A stretch of 64,000 nt of DNA, taken from a virus. The position numbers and the translations under genes were made by a program. The notes beneath the pieces are model-generated. The model saw nothing but the letters and a program-made list of their open reading frames with translations, was not told the DNA's origin and ran no database searches. Below, one piece after another: positions 47,151-57,246 of the stretch (position 1 is the first letter of the stretch; each line of letters begins with the position of its first letter). The DNA lies in the IMG/VR virus record IMGVR_UViG_3300027985_001265, positions 1 to 64,000 of that record; one strand, written 5' to 3'.

Positions 47151-49328
47151 TTAGGCAGCCTGTTTAGCTGCTCGTTTACCTATTGCGGTTGTGGCCGTGA
47201 CCAAGATGGTGGTATCAATCTCTTTTTCAGAGAGCTTGTCCGGCATACTGCTGTTGAGTCCCATGACTTTTTCCCGGATGTCCGGGTAACTGAAACCCAT
47301 ATCTACCAGGAGCATGGCGTAGCGTAGCAGCCGGTTGTTCCTATTGCCTTCAAATGATCCCTGTACGAACCATCTCTCCAGATTGGAGAGACTGGCAAAG
47401 TCCACCATCTGCTGTTTACGCTCATCATTTTTACGGGTCTTGGCGATAAACAGGCGGGCATCCAGGAGCTGATCTCCATGGTTATAGATATACTGGCCGG
47501 CATCGTTGGTGAGCCATTTGCGGCATCTGTCTATGGCAGCCGTATCTACCTCGAAAGGCAACCATTCGAAGATGTTCCGCATGAATGCCCGGTATTCTTC
47601 GGCGGTCATGGACATTTCATAATTCAAAGGCATGATCAGCCGGAATCTGTTATTTTCCGGGGTATGCCGTTTGGTGGTATAGGCCATGAACTTGTAATCT
47701 TTCAGGAGGCTCTGGACGATGTCCAGCTTGGCTCCCTTGTCGATATCCAGGACCACCATGTTGAATCCCGGGATCATGTGATCCTCATCCCGGTGTCCAT
47801 TGGTTGAACGGTGATTGATCCAATGATGATTCTTTAGTTGGGTCAGAACATGTAGTTTGTCGAAGGGGGCCAGGTCATTTTTATAGCCGTCAGAAATACT
47901 CTGGGAATGGGCCACCTTCAGTTTATCCAGGTTGGTTTCGGTCAAGGATGAGCCCTTAAAGAATTCGACACCTTCTTGCATATACTGTTTAACGACAATG
48001 TGATTCTTGTAGCCCCAGGATATAGCGTTGGTTACCATATCCCTTCTCAGGACTACCGAAGCTTTCTTATAATACGGCAGTTTTTCGATGAGATCGGACT
48101 GAGTCAGTTCATTGGGAACCTGGGCCAGATACCGGGCCATCTTTGCATACGGGGGATCCTGGTGGAACATATTATAAAAGCTCTCACCTGAGTCCTCGGC
48201 CAGCTTAATAGCGGCATACAGGTTCTCCATACTGATCTCAGCGTGACCATCCACATAGGCGAAGGCGCCGGCCAGCTTCAATACTTTGAAGTACCGATGT
48301 TCCATCTCTGCCCGGACTGTTTCTTCGATACCTCTGTACGGGGCAGCCCGCCTTTTACAATCCCGATGATATTCAAAGAGTTCAATGCCCACATCTTTGG
48401 TGAGAATGATCTCCCGGCCGAAGTTGGTGACATTGGCCAGTTTGCTAAAATAGACTGCAGCATCTTTAAAAACATCATTGGTGTCCTTGCTGCTTTGCAG
48501 TGCGTACATTTCAGCACCGGTCATATCCTCGTCTTCCACGAAGTCATCCATGTAAAAGGTCCAGCATCTGCGGGCCAGTCCTGTTTCTTCAAGTTCGTTG
48601 AAGTTCTCTTCAACTTTGCTTCCATCAAAGACTTTGCATGGGGTGCCGATGGCCAGTAAGTTTGCCGGGGTGGTTCCGTCTATTTCTTCAATACGGGTAT
48701 TCTCTTTGGTATTTTTGGTCAGAGCTTCTTTGGCTTCACCAATATCAAAGAGTTCCAGGTAGGCAGATAGAGCTTCGTTGGAAGCCAGGAGATTCATGCC
48801 TATTTCGTCAATCTCCAGATTCAAAGCACCGGCATTCGCAATGAGCAGTTTCTGTCTTAACTGCTGGATGGCCGGAGCAGTAGCTTTCTGGAATGAGAAT
48901 CTCATTTTACCGAGGTTTTCATATTCACGAAGTACACCAGCTTTCATATCGTCGGGGTCTTCCCCGGCTATGTACGCTCTTCGTACAGCGATCTTTGCTA
49001 TGTGTTCATCTGCCACAATTGGCAGTACCTGATCCAAGAAAATCTTCTTGAAATGCTTCAAGACGCCTTTCTCGATCATGTTTATTGAATAGTTTTTGCC
49101 AACACCCGAGGGTACCAGATTGATCAGGAAGGCATTGATGGGGAGTGTTCCCCGGACTTCTGTTTTGATCTTGGCTCTCATGGTGGATGCGGCCTTGCAA
49201 AAGAAGTATCCAAGCAATGCTCGATACATCCCCATGGGGCCTGCAGGATTTTTCTTTTTCATAGCCCCAGCTATTTTCTCGGTAAATGGGTGATATTCCA
49301 TCTCCGAATAATCTTTTTTCATAATCAT
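47151..49328 (-). CDS. DNA primase (N4 gp43-like)
   Basis: 'SGVGK', 'DEIG', 'LDID', 'YTTKRH', PriCT-like 'GNRNNRLLRYA'. Confidence 0.9.
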   Translation of the reverse strand: MIMKKDYSEMEYHPFTEKIAGAMKKKNPAGPMGMYRALLGYFFCKAASTMRAKIKTEVRGTLPINAFLINLVPSGVGKNYSINMIEKGVLKHFKKIFLDQVLPIVADEHIAKIAVRRAYIAGEDPDDMKAGVLREYENLGKMRFSFQKATAPAIQQLRQKLLIANAGALNLEIDEIGMNLLASNEALSAYLELFDIGEAKEALTKNTKENTRIEEIDGTTPANLLAIGTPCKVFDGSKVEENFNELEETGLARRCWTFYMDDFVEDEDMTGAEMYALQSSKDTNDVFKDAAVYFSKLANVTNFGREIILTKDVGIELFEYHRDCKRRAAPYRGIEETVRAEMEHRYFKVLKLAGAFAYVDGHAEISMENLYAAIKLAEDSGESFYNMFHQDPPYAKMARYLAQVPNELTQSDLIEKLPYYKKASVVLRRDMVTNAISWGYKNHIVVKQYMQEGVEFFKGSSLTETNLDKLKVAHSQSISDGYKNDLAPFDKLHVLTQLKNHHWINHRSTNGHRDEDHMIPGFNMVVLDIDKGAKLDIVQSLLKDYKFMAYTTKRHTPENNRFRLIMPLNYEMSMTAEEYRAFMRNIFEWLPFEVDTAAIDRCRKWLTNDAGQYIYNHGDQLLDARLFIAKTRKNDERKQQMVDFASLSNLERWFVQGSFEGNRNNRLLRYAMLLVDMGFSYPDIREKVMGLNSSMPDKLSEKEIDTTILVTATTAIGKRAAKQAA

Positions 49329-49357
49329 ATCCTCTCAAATTATTTTTGTTTTTTCCC

Positions 49358-49378
49358 AATAAAGCCCCGGAGGGGCTA
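49358..49378 (-). terminator. Hairpin terminator after gp42-like gene
   Basis: AGCCCC-GGA-GGGGCT with a TTTATT tail on the - strand. Confidence 0.55.
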
Positions 49379-50386
49379 TCAGTTGGGTTGAAGTAATCCA
49401 GAGGCAATAAGTTCATCTTTTTGAGAACAGAGATCATAGCTTTCACAGTAGTTGCAATGTTTAGCCTTACCTTGGAATTCTTTGATGATGCCCTTGGCTC
49501 CGCCTTTCATGAAATGCTCATGAGCTTCGGCATAGGTGTCACATACTTTCGTAGCGACTTTGTTGGTGGGTTTGCCATAATACTTGTAGACCGTCTGGTC
49601 CTGCCACAGTTCTTCCGGGGTACACCGGGGAAGTTCTGATTCCGGCTTATCCATGTAAAGCATAAGTTCCCGGAGTCTTTGTTTAATAAAAGTTTCAGTC
49701 TCCGGTACGGACATCAGCATCAGTTTTTTGGAGATGAGTCTGGACTGAGGATATCCGGCTTTTTTCTTAATCATGGAGTCCAGCTTTGACCAATCGGTGA
49801 AGATATGCTGGATTCTCATAAAATCAGATGTAATGACTTCTGGAGCAAGCCAACGATAAATGCTGCCTTGCTGGATATATTTATCGTCATTGTTACCTTT
49901 CATGTAGCCGTAGACTCCGGTGGATTTGAAATCCTCCAGAACACCTTCACCAATGAAGTCTGCTTCTCCGTCTATGATGAATCCGTCAATTTCCCTGTAG
50001 AATCGTTTTTCAATGTAGACAGGGATAATATCGGGGTTCTTAGCTTCTTCCTCTGAAGGGTTTACCCGGATTCGGTCAACGACTCTTGCCGGGTATCCCA
50101 TATTGATTAAGGCCTCTTTTCTTTTTTCTGGATTCAACCAGGCCCTGGAAATACCATCATGGATAGCGGTACCCATTCGGTTGGCGATGTCTTCTCTGAT
50201 ATCCCGGGAAACTTCTTCTTCCTGTATTTTCTCTAATCGCTGGGCCAAGATGGTCTGTCTAATTGGCTTGAGCAAGCCAGTAGATGACATGTGAAGTTTG
50301 CCCGGATGCCTGTTGTGATTATACCAGTCTACTCCCAGCCATACGGCGATAGAGAGCGAATGCTGATCTTGATTGGTTAATTTCAT
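49379..50386 (-). CDS. PD-(D/E)xK exonuclease (N4 gp42-like)
   Basis: 'GTAIHD', 'YIEKR', 'GEADFI...EDFKST', 'Q.SIYRWL', terminal Cys cluster; start at MKLTN. Confidence 0.88.
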   Translation of the reverse strand: MKLTNQDQHSLSIAVWLGVDWYNHNRHPGKLHMSSTGLLKPIRQTILAQRLEKIQEEEVSRDIREDIANRMGTAIHDGISRAWLNPEKRKEALINMGYPARVVDRIRVNPSEEEAKNPDIIPVYIEKRFYREIDGFIIDGEADFIGEGVLEDFKSTGVYGYMKGNNDDKYIQQGSIYRWLAPEVITSDFMRIQHIFTDWSKLDSMIKKKAGYPQSRLISKKLMLMSVPETETFIKQRLRELMLYMDKPESELPRCTPEELWQDQTVYKYYGKPTNKVATKVCDTYAEAHEHFMKGGAKGIIKEFQGKAKHCNYCESYDLCSQKDELIASGLLQPN

Positions 50387-50877
50387 ACACCCTCCTTGAT
50401 GTTGTGGTGATACCCATAGGCCCCATAGCATTCCCGGAGGTGTTCCCAGTCGGTACAGGTTTTTGCAAGCCAAGAGTAACAGGATGAACAAATGCCGCAG
50501 CCTTCCTGGGATCTATGCCAGTGCCGTCCTTGAGTAGGTTTTCCACACAGGCCGCAGGTCAGAGTCTCAATTTCGATATCACCCATCGGGGTGTAATAAT
50601 CTCCAAGGGATTCAATTTTTTTAGTGATGTGGCGTGTGAGAGCATCTTGGGAGATAATTTTTTGAGTGATTAAAATTCCCACCATAGCCTGAAAATGACC
50701 TATCTCTTCTTCCAGGGCAGCCACATTGGTCTTGAAGTTTTTCGGATGGTGATCCTTTAACCCAAATCTTGCGATCTTAGACTTCATCCTTACGATACGG
50801 GCCAGGATCTCCATAATTTCACCGGCCTCTTCACCAAGGATTTCAAGATTTAACTTTGTGTCTGTGAATTCAGTCAT
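50383..50877 (-). CDS. MazG-like pyrophosphatase domain plus zinc finger
   Basis: 'EEAGEI....SK..RFG', 'LEEEIGH'; C-terminal CGLC/CSSC. Confidence 0.6.
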   Translation of the reverse strand: MTEFTDTKLNLEILGEEAGEIMEILARIVRMKSKIARFGLKDHHPKNFKTNVAALEEEIGHFQAMVGILITQKIISQDALTRHITKKIESLGDYYTPMGDIEIETLTCGLCGKPTQGRHWHRSQEGCGICSSCYSWLAKTCTDWEHLRECYGAYGYHHNIKEGV

Positions 50878-51127
50878 CAAGTTTCTCCTTGATTTCAACA
50901 TGGTCCCGGTGGAATATCTCATAGGCATCGAGATCTGTAATATGTCCGTTGATCAGGTCATGTTCTCCCAATACTTTTTTGGCCCGGTCTGCTGCTCTCT
51001 GTGACCAGTCACTTTGAATGATGTGCCAGTTACCATTGATCTTTTTACATACAAGATACTTTTCGTCCGGGGTCACTGACTGACTTCTAGGATCTCGGAT
51101 TTTGTTTGAATACACACATTGTTTCAT
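50870..51127 (-). CDS. Hypothetical protein
   Basis: AGGAG RBS; overlaps the next gene. Confidence 0.6.
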   Translation of the reverse strand: MKQCVYSNKIRDPRSQSVTPDEKYLVCKKINGNWHIIQSDWSQRAADRAKKVLGEHDLINGHITDLDAYEIFHRDHVEIKEKLDD

Positions 51128-51550
51128 TTTCTATCTCCTATTGTTATTTCCACAGAACACCCGGACGGGTGTGTGAATACATTGTTTTTTGGATTTAAAG
51201 CAAAATCACCAGTAAATCTTAAATTGATTTATATGGTTTTAAGCTGGTGATTTTTAGTGGGTAATGAGTCTGAGGGTCTTGAAATGAGAATTATTTTATT
51301 TGAATAAAGTTCTTTCTTTAACCAAGAAAGACCAGACTGCTCTGATAATTGGGTTAATCTTAGGAGCTAAAATTGGCCAACAGTGACTAGAGAACATTGT
51401 AATATACGCAATAGGAAAAATTCCAGATATTATGATATATATTGACCAATCCTCAAAATCCCATTCTTCCATTGGACAGTCTTCACGGTCATATTGCACA
51501 CACCAAAAAAGTGATTAAAGAAATCAGTAACCAAACAATAAAAAATGTTT

Positions 51551-52150
51551 TCATGCTACTCTCCTTTCCGTAAGCATGCGGGCAGTGTTGGAATATTTCA
51601 GGGCTTCATAAGCTCCGAGGCTATCTGCAACATGTTCAAACTGTCCTTTGCCCATGGCTTTCCCTATCGGGTAATAGACCATATCAGTTCTTTGGAGTTT
51701 CCCGGTTTTTTTGCTGAAGACATTTTTCTGTGAAGTCTGCCATCCATACTTCTTACAGGCGGTCATCATCATTTCGGTTTTAGAGGCGTTTTCTTTGCCT
51801 GTCATGGCCTTTTTCACCTCTGCTGGTGTTGCCCATTCAACCGGAATATTCAACGTTGTAAACAGGGTTGTCGTTAACGCTACGGCCATGCCTAAACTTT
51901 TAGCTGCCGAAGCTGATTGACTGCTCGATGGGGGCAGCTCTGCAAGGACTCCTTGGATATTATATTTATTGACCAGCTCCGTGAGTTTCGCTGCGATATG
52001 GGTAATTCTCTGGACATCATCATCGGCAACCCGTAGCAGTTTATTCTTGGTTTTCTGGGTTTGAATTGTACCCAGATCTACAACTCGGCCATGTTGATTG
52101 ATGACACTACAGCCGAAGTTGCTGAATCCAGGATCAAGACATAGAATCAT
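51551..52150 (-). CDS. RuvC-like Holliday junction resolvase (N4 gp46-like)
   Basis: 'LDPGFSNFG', 'AELP', 'VKK..TG...ASK', 'EHVADSLG'. Confidence 0.88.
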   Translation of the reverse strand: MILCLDPGFSNFGCSVINQHGRVVDLGTIQTQKTKNKLLRVADDDVQRITHIAAKLTELVNKYNIQGVLAELPPSSSQSASAAKSLGMAVALTTTLFTTLNIPVEWATPAEVKKAMTGKENASKTEMMMTACKKYGWQTSQKNVFSKKTGKLQRTDMVYYPIGKAMGKGQFEHVADSLGAYEALKYSNTARMLTERRVA

Positions 52151-52677
52151 GCGACCTCCTTTATAAAGTCTATTCGTTTCTGAATTTCTGTTTTGAAATC
52201 ATCGAGGCCAAGATCGTTGTGAATAACAAAATCATAGTTGTAATTTTGATACTGGGTATCTCCGGAACTGGTGAAAGATTTTGCGGCTTCTTGTTCAGCT
52301 TTTTCCTGTCGGATCCAGACAGAAAAACATTTAACGGCGTTCCATAAACACCAGTCTCTAAGTTTCTGTATCTCTTCAGGTTCCCGGATATTGGTACAGA
52401 AAAATTCTGTTTCAAATGCTTCCCCGAGTCGAATTTTTTTACAGATTTCTCGGAAAGGAATATCATCCCAGGCAGTAGATAGATCTTTCAAATCTGAGAG
52501 AAGTTGTCGGCTCTTTGCATCTTTGGTTCCATCCCAGTCAAAAGCGTCTTTAGCTAGGTTTTTGACCCAATCAATGCTGGAGTATTCGGTAACTGTTTTC
52601 TCAGTGATCTCACGAAGAAGTTTAATGAAGGTGTCTTTCCCTACCCGGGGAGCACCGTTGATAATCAATACGATCAT
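52147..52677 (-). CDS. P-loop (d)NMP kinase-like protein
   Basis: 'INGAPRVGKDT', 'WDGTKD..SR.LLSDLK', 'IREPEEI', 'YDFVIHN'; AAGGAG RBS. Confidence 0.75.
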   Translation of the reverse strand: MIVLIINGAPRVGKDTFIKLLREITEKTVTEYSSIDWVKNLAKDAFDWDGTKDAKSRQLLSDLKDLSTAWDDIPFREICKKIRLGEAFETEFFCTNIREPEEIQKLRDWCLWNAVKCFSVWIRQEKAEQEAAKSFTSSGDTQYQNYNYDFVIHNDLGLDDFKTEIQKRIDFIKEVA

Positions 52678-52699
52678 TGTTTTTCTCCTTAATATTTTA

Positions 52700-53400
52700 A
52701 TAAGCCCCTGCATAAGATTCCGCCTATGCTTTAACGGACTGGCCGTCCGTGTCATTTGTCTCCCAGAGTTAGTCTAAGATTATTGTCCCAGACACAGTAT
52801 CATCAGGTTTTGATCCTGACTCCCTTCGCTCCAGCCCTCGGCAAGCGATCCAGATTTGAACTGGCCCTTACATAAGATACTGAATACCTTATGTAAGATG
52901 CAGTTCTATCACCAGAGTTTAATAACCGGTTACGCATCCGGTGCGGGTTTCTCATTTACCGCCGACTATCCGTTTAGGTATAATAGCACCAAGGCGTTTG
53001 CATCCCTTTTTTTGTGTCGGGCTTGTTCACCGACTCCAGGACTTCCTCATGAAAGCGTCCCTCTCACTCACCCACACTTTATTTAAGCGACTGTGGGCTT
53101 AACCGTCATATAGACCCCGCTTTTGTGTCAGGTTTTTGAATACTGACTCCGGGACAGCTTTATAAAAGATGCCCTATGCTATGGCTCTCCATGCAGAGGT
53201 GTGACCATAGCTGTTGCATGGAACAGACAAAATACTGCAATGATTTCTTTCAAGAAAATTTGATGTTAAACTAGAATTGAAATTACTTAGAGGGAGTTCC
53301 CTGGTTTGCAGACTCCAGGACTTCGACATACTCGGTTGGAATGATTATCGAATTTCCACAGTTTAGACAAAGACAGAATGTCCATGCGGGGTCTATACAA
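52700..53400 (-). ncRNA. Large structured non-coding RNA candidate of unknown class
   Basis: No credible ORF; about a dozen stems; 12-bp long-range helix; repeated stem-GGA-stem module; G-U pairs favour the - strand. Confidence 0.65.
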
Positions 53401-53437
53401 GAAAGTTTTAATGTATTGCTACATTGGCATTTTTCTT

Positions 53438-53689
53438 TCATCCTAATGCCTCCATGAACGGAATTTTCTTTACCTTGGGAAGTTTCTTAATGTAAACCTC
53501 CAAGCGGAATGCTTCACTCTTTTTGAACCCGGACTTCCAGGCTATCAATGATACTGGACATCTGGCCCGGGTGTACTTAGCTCCTTTGCCTGCATTATGT
53601 TGATGGACCCTGCGCTGCAGATCATTTGTTACTCCACAATAGAGAGATCCGTCTGAACACCGTAGCAGGTATACAGACCACTTATTCAT
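53438..53689 (-). CDS. GIY-YIG nuclease (YhbQ/UPF0213-like)
   Basis: 'VYLLRCSDGSLYCGVTNDLQRR..QHN.GKGAKYTR'. Confidence 0.9.
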   Translation of the reverse strand: MNKWSVYLLRCSDGSLYCGVTNDLQRRVHQHNAGKGAKYTRARCPVSLIAWKSGFKKSEAFRLEVYIKKLPKVKKIPFMEALG

Positions 53690-53825
53690 TTTGTTGTCTC
53701 TCAATAAAAGCCAAAGCAGCATCAATTTCTTTCAGTTTTTCTGTATCTTCAGGGAAGTCTTCTCCTTCAAACCAACCTCTATAATCCATAAGAGCTTCAT
53801 GGATTACATTTAGATGTTCTTTCAT
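53682..53825 (-). CDS. 47-aa hypothetical protein (MKEHLNVIHE...)
   Basis: ATGA overlap with the DNAP stop; GGAGG RBS. Confidence 0.55.
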   Translation of the reverse strand: MKEHLNVIHEALMDYRGWFEGEDFPEDTEKLKEIDAALAFIERQQNE

Positions 53826-56440
53826 GCAGCCTCCTTTATTTTCTGTTTATCCAAATATTCTTTGGCTCCTTTCTTACAGGCGTCTTTAATTTCCTGTTTA
53901 GAGCCATTTACAGGAATACCAATGGCATTGGACCAACTCGGCCAGAACACATCCAGAGCTGAAGATATCTTGACGACAGGATGCTTTAACTCAGGTAGGT
54001 CATCCCAGGCCATGCACTCAATCAGATTTGTATTAACCCATTCAAGAATTTCCGCAGAATCCGGGAACATGAGATAGATGGCATCGTGGATGGTCCCAGA
54101 AGGTAATACCTTGTACCGATACGGGGAAGCCCAGACTCGTTCCATGAACTCATTCAAGGCCCGGATAGTGAGTACGCAGTAGCTTTGGGTAGCAGCGTTC
54201 CCAGCTGATCTGGCTTCCTTCTTGGCACCGTATGGCATTTTACAGTCTGTACCAATGACACACTTGGCCAGCAGGGGAGTTCTGATTCTGGCACCAAAGG
54301 CCATAGGGATGTATCCACAGGTTTTAGCGTCTTCCACCAGGCCTGCCACCCAGTCATCTGCCACTTTGTAAAGTTCATGATATTTGGCCTCAATGGTTTT
54401 GGCTTTTTCTTCAGAAAAACCGTTGTTATTCATCAGAGTGATAAAACTGCCCCCGTAGGTCAGAGCAAAGGTAGGGGCCTTAGAATCCTGTCTTAGTGGT
54501 TTATATAACTTCTTGATGGAGTTAATACTGTTCACAGAATTCGGATCTATACCAGCCATTTGATCCCCAAAATAAGCATAAGCTCGAAGGCAATGACCAT
54601 CGAACCCGTCGGTGTAAACCTTTAATTTGTTTGGGTCTTTGGTAAGTAATGCATTGATCTTGTCTTCAAGAGAGTCAAAATCTGACCCAGCGAAGATCCA
54701 GCGTTTGATCGGCTCAAAACAGTCTTTGATGATCTTAGCATAAATGGAACTAGAAGGAATATTTTGTAGGTTGGGATTGCTGCTGGATAAGCGAAGCGAT
54801 TGTGTGCCGCCAAGGTTGAAATTACCGAAGAGTCTCCAGGAACCGTCCGGGAGTTGCTGGGCATTTTCAAAAGCCGGGATAAATGTGCTGAGAATAATGC
54901 TTACATCAGCGTAACCTCGAAGATTTTCAATGATCTCAATGATCTCCGGATTCTGGGTATGGTTGACCAGTTTCTTCAGAGTTTTACTTCCAGTTGCTGG
55001 TTGTTTCCCATCAGTCAAATCAATTACCGGCAAATCAAAATAATCATAGAGTAGGAACCGGACTTGATTATCAGAACCAGGGTTAAACTCTTCCAGGTCT
55101 TTCCGGACTACAGAGTCGTCAATGGTGTAAACTTTCTTCTTGGCTTCAGCAGTCTTTTTTTCTGCCTTAGCCATTAATAGTTGATAATACACCTCCTGAA
55201 TGTGTGAGTTGTTTTTGAAGAAATCCTGGTGTTTCTCTTTGATCGTTGTGAGTTTGGTCTTGGCTTCTTGGACTTTTACAGGATTGATCGGCATCCCGCA
55301 TAGCTCCATGGCCAGAAGAGATTTGACAGCAGGTTTCATTACTTCATGATAGGCTTGTTCTTGTTGATCTTTTACCAAGGTAGGCCAATGTTTCTCTGCC
55401 ACATACCAGGTAGCCAGACAGTCCCGAAGGTTGTATGTCAGCAGGTCTTTAATTGGGATCTTTGAAGTATCTGTGGTGTCTTCGGCGTAATTACCGGTGT
55501 ATTCAGCAGAGTTCTCCTTGAGGCCCAGGGAATTCTCTACGGCATTATTGGTGGCCAGATAGGTGATCAGCTTGGTATCTTCAAAATCCCTTGTCAGGGT
55601 GAAGATTCCTTCTTGCATTCCAACATAATCGGCCAGGTTTTTCATCCATAGCTCATAGGTAATCACCTTCATATCATAGCCGGCATTCTGGTAAACCAGC
55701 TTGCCTTTATAGGTATCAAAGAAATTCCACAAACATACCCGGGTGAAAGCCCTCAATGGGTTATCAAGACCGTAATCAGCAAAACGATTGCGATCTACGG
55801 CCATTGCTACTCCTTCATGCTTGTTCCAGGCAAAGGATATGGTACTGATCCCAGCATTCCAGAATTCAAGGCTAAGAGCCTCAATATCACAAGTCAAAGC
55901 TGGGTACTGGTGGAGCTCATCAAAGGCTCTTTTAACTTCTTCCTCTGTTCTGGGAAAGATCGCCCGGTGTATGATTGTCTGACCTGGCGATACTTTTTTC
56001 CCATCAATGTGTCTCTGCAGGGCGGCCAGGGATCTGTCCATTTTTCCTTGGATCATCGGATTATAAACCAAGGCTTGAAAGTTAGGGGCCAGGATTACCT
56101 TCATATGTCCATAGCCTTTTACTGTGCAAGGAACAATTTCCCCATAGAAGGGGTCCACCTTTTTAGCGTTGGTCAGGTATTTGAAATATGTTCCATCAGC
56201 TACGAACAGAGTTTTGACCCCCAAGTGATCAAGTTCCGGCAAAAGGTCATTAAGATATGCCTTTGCATGTTTCGCCGTGCATTTCTTGAGGGTTTCATAA
56301 CTCAATTCGTAAGCGGTAAATCTATCCGGGCTCACTTTTAATTGTTTGAGATAATGATGCTCTAATTTGACTCTGTTGAGCCCGGTAGATTTGATTAGTA
56401 TTGCAATATCAGGATTTGAGCCAAATAGAATAGATTGCAT
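53822..56440 (-). CDS. Family A DNA polymerase (N4 gp39-like)
   Basis: Exonuclease motifs 'DIE', 'QNAGYD', 'YNLRD'; 'RLSSSNPNLQNIP'; A 'DFDSLE', B 'RQDSKAPTFALTYG', C 'IHDA'. Confidence 0.96.
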   Translation of the reverse strand: MQSILFGSNPDIAILIKSTGLNRVKLEHHYLKQLKVSPDRFTAYELSYETLKKCTAKHAKAYLNDLLPELDHLGVKTLFVADGTYFKYLTNAKKVDPFYGEIVPCTVKGYGHMKVILAPNFQALVYNPMIQGKMDRSLAALQRHIDGKKVSPGQTIIHRAIFPRTEEEVKRAFDELHQYPALTCDIEALSLEFWNAGISTISFAWNKHEGVAMAVDRNRFADYGLDNPLRAFTRVCLWNFFDTYKGKLVYQNAGYDMKVITYELWMKNLADYVGMQEGIFTLTRDFEDTKLITYLATNNAVENSLGLKENSAEYTGNYAEDTTDTSKIPIKDLLTYNLRDCLATWYVAEKHWPTLVKDQQEQAYHEVMKPAVKSLLAMELCGMPINPVKVQEAKTKLTTIKEKHQDFFKNNSHIQEVYYQLLMAKAEKKTAEAKKKVYTIDDSVVRKDLEEFNPGSDNQVRFLLYDYFDLPVIDLTDGKQPATGSKTLKKLVNHTQNPEIIEIIENLRGYADVSIILSTFIPAFENAQQLPDGSWRLFGNFNLGGTQSLRLSSSNPNLQNIPSSSIYAKIIKDCFEPIKRWIFAGSDFDSLEDKINALLTKDPNKLKVYTDGFDGHCLRAYAYFGDQMAGIDPNSVNSINSIKKLYKPLRQDSKAPTFALTYGGSFITLMNNNGFSEEKAKTIEAKYHELYKVADDWVAGLVEDAKTCGYIPMAFGARIRTPLLAKCVIGTDCKMPYGAKKEARSAGNAATQSYCVLTIRALNEFMERVWASPYRYKVLPSGTIHDAIYLMFPDSAEILEWVNTNLIECMAWDDLPELKHPVVKISSALDVFWPSWSNAIGIPVNGSKQEIKDACKKGAKEYLDKQKIKEAA

Positions 56441-56451
56441 CTATACCTCCG

Positions 56452-57222
56452 TTAAGCTGCTATTTTTTTGAAACAGTAATCAGGGATACGTCCGGCGGAT
56501 ATTTCGTTTTTTACAAAAGCAAGTCCGTCATCCAGCAGGTAAAGACCATTACCATAAGCAAGAAAGTATTGTTTTCCTAAATTTGTAGGTTCTTTTCTGG
56601 TTCTGCATTTTTCATAAGGCTTAGGTACGACTTTCAAGTACCCTTTTTTTACAAGGTGGTTTGTTGTTACAGTCGGTCTTAACCCTAAAAGAGAAAATTG
56701 CCGTTGTACTGAATTTGTTTCCATATTTTTAGGGCCTTTTGTTACTGACACCTTTGCGCAGGCTTTAGCCTGGTTTGGGAATGATAAGATACATTTCGTT
56801 TCTTCAGGCTGTTTCTTTGTTTCCTGGACGGGGCAGCCTTCTATTGAAGCAGCAAGTAGCCGAAGAGCTTTAGGGATGTTTGAAGGATCAATCAATTCAG
56901 CCCGGGCCTTCATCAATTCAAGCTCCATTTCATTGAAGGCTTTGATGAAGTCCACTTTGAAGCCCAAAGCTTTTTCCCCGGTAAAACCAAAAACAAGGAC
57001 AGCAAAGGCATCCCGGTCCATGTCATACATGGGTCTTTCTTTTCCCTGTTTATCCAGGTAGTTAGTCTCCTGAAAGTTCAGGGGGCCTCTCCCAATGGAG
57101 TTCAGAGTATCCTGAATGGTCTCAATGGATTGAAGAACATTGTCATGACGTTTATCAAATACATCCGACACTTTCAGGGAATTGGTCACAGGTTTACCAG
57201 CTTTTTCAGTTACAAGTTTCAT
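56452..57222 (-). CDS. Rha-family phage regulatory protein with antirepressor-like C-terminus
   Basis: 'TNSLKVSDVFDKRHDNVLQSIE', 'Y.DKQGKERPMY.M.RDAF..LV.GFTGEKA..FK..FI.AFNEME'. Confidence 0.9.
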   Translation of the reverse strand: MKLVTEKAGKPVTNSLKVSDVFDKRHDNVLQSIETIQDTLNSIGRGPLNFQETNYLDKQGKERPMYDMDRDAFAVLVFGFTGEKALGFKVDFIKAFNEMELELMKARAELIDPSNIPKALRLLAASIEGCPVQETKKQPEETKCILSFPNQAKACAKVSVTKGPKNMETNSVQRQFSLLGLRPTVTTNHLVKKGYLKVVPKPYEKCRTRKEPTNLGKQYFLAYGNGLYLLDDGLAFVKNEISAGRIPDYCFKKIAA

Positions 57223-57246
57223 TTTATATTTTCCTCTCAAAATACA

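Noticed and set aside
49355-49378. AGCCCC-GGA-GGGGCT as an N4 vRNAP hairpin promoter (C-GGA-G triloop)
   Set aside because: Lacks the G at -8 and the CC start at the right spacing. It sits right after a stop codon with a U-rich tail, so a terminator is the simpler reading.
51200-51256. AAAATCACCAG/CTGGTGATTTT inverted repeat
   Set aside because: Consistent with an ordinary terminator or operator; no second copy seen to support a more specific role
52770-52830. CTGATGA on the - strand as a hammerhead ribozyme core
   Set aside because: No downstream GAAA or stem II/III arrangement
52856-53086. 76-aa + strand ORF inside the structured gap
   Set aside because: TTG start without RBS, antisense to the operon, no protein-like features
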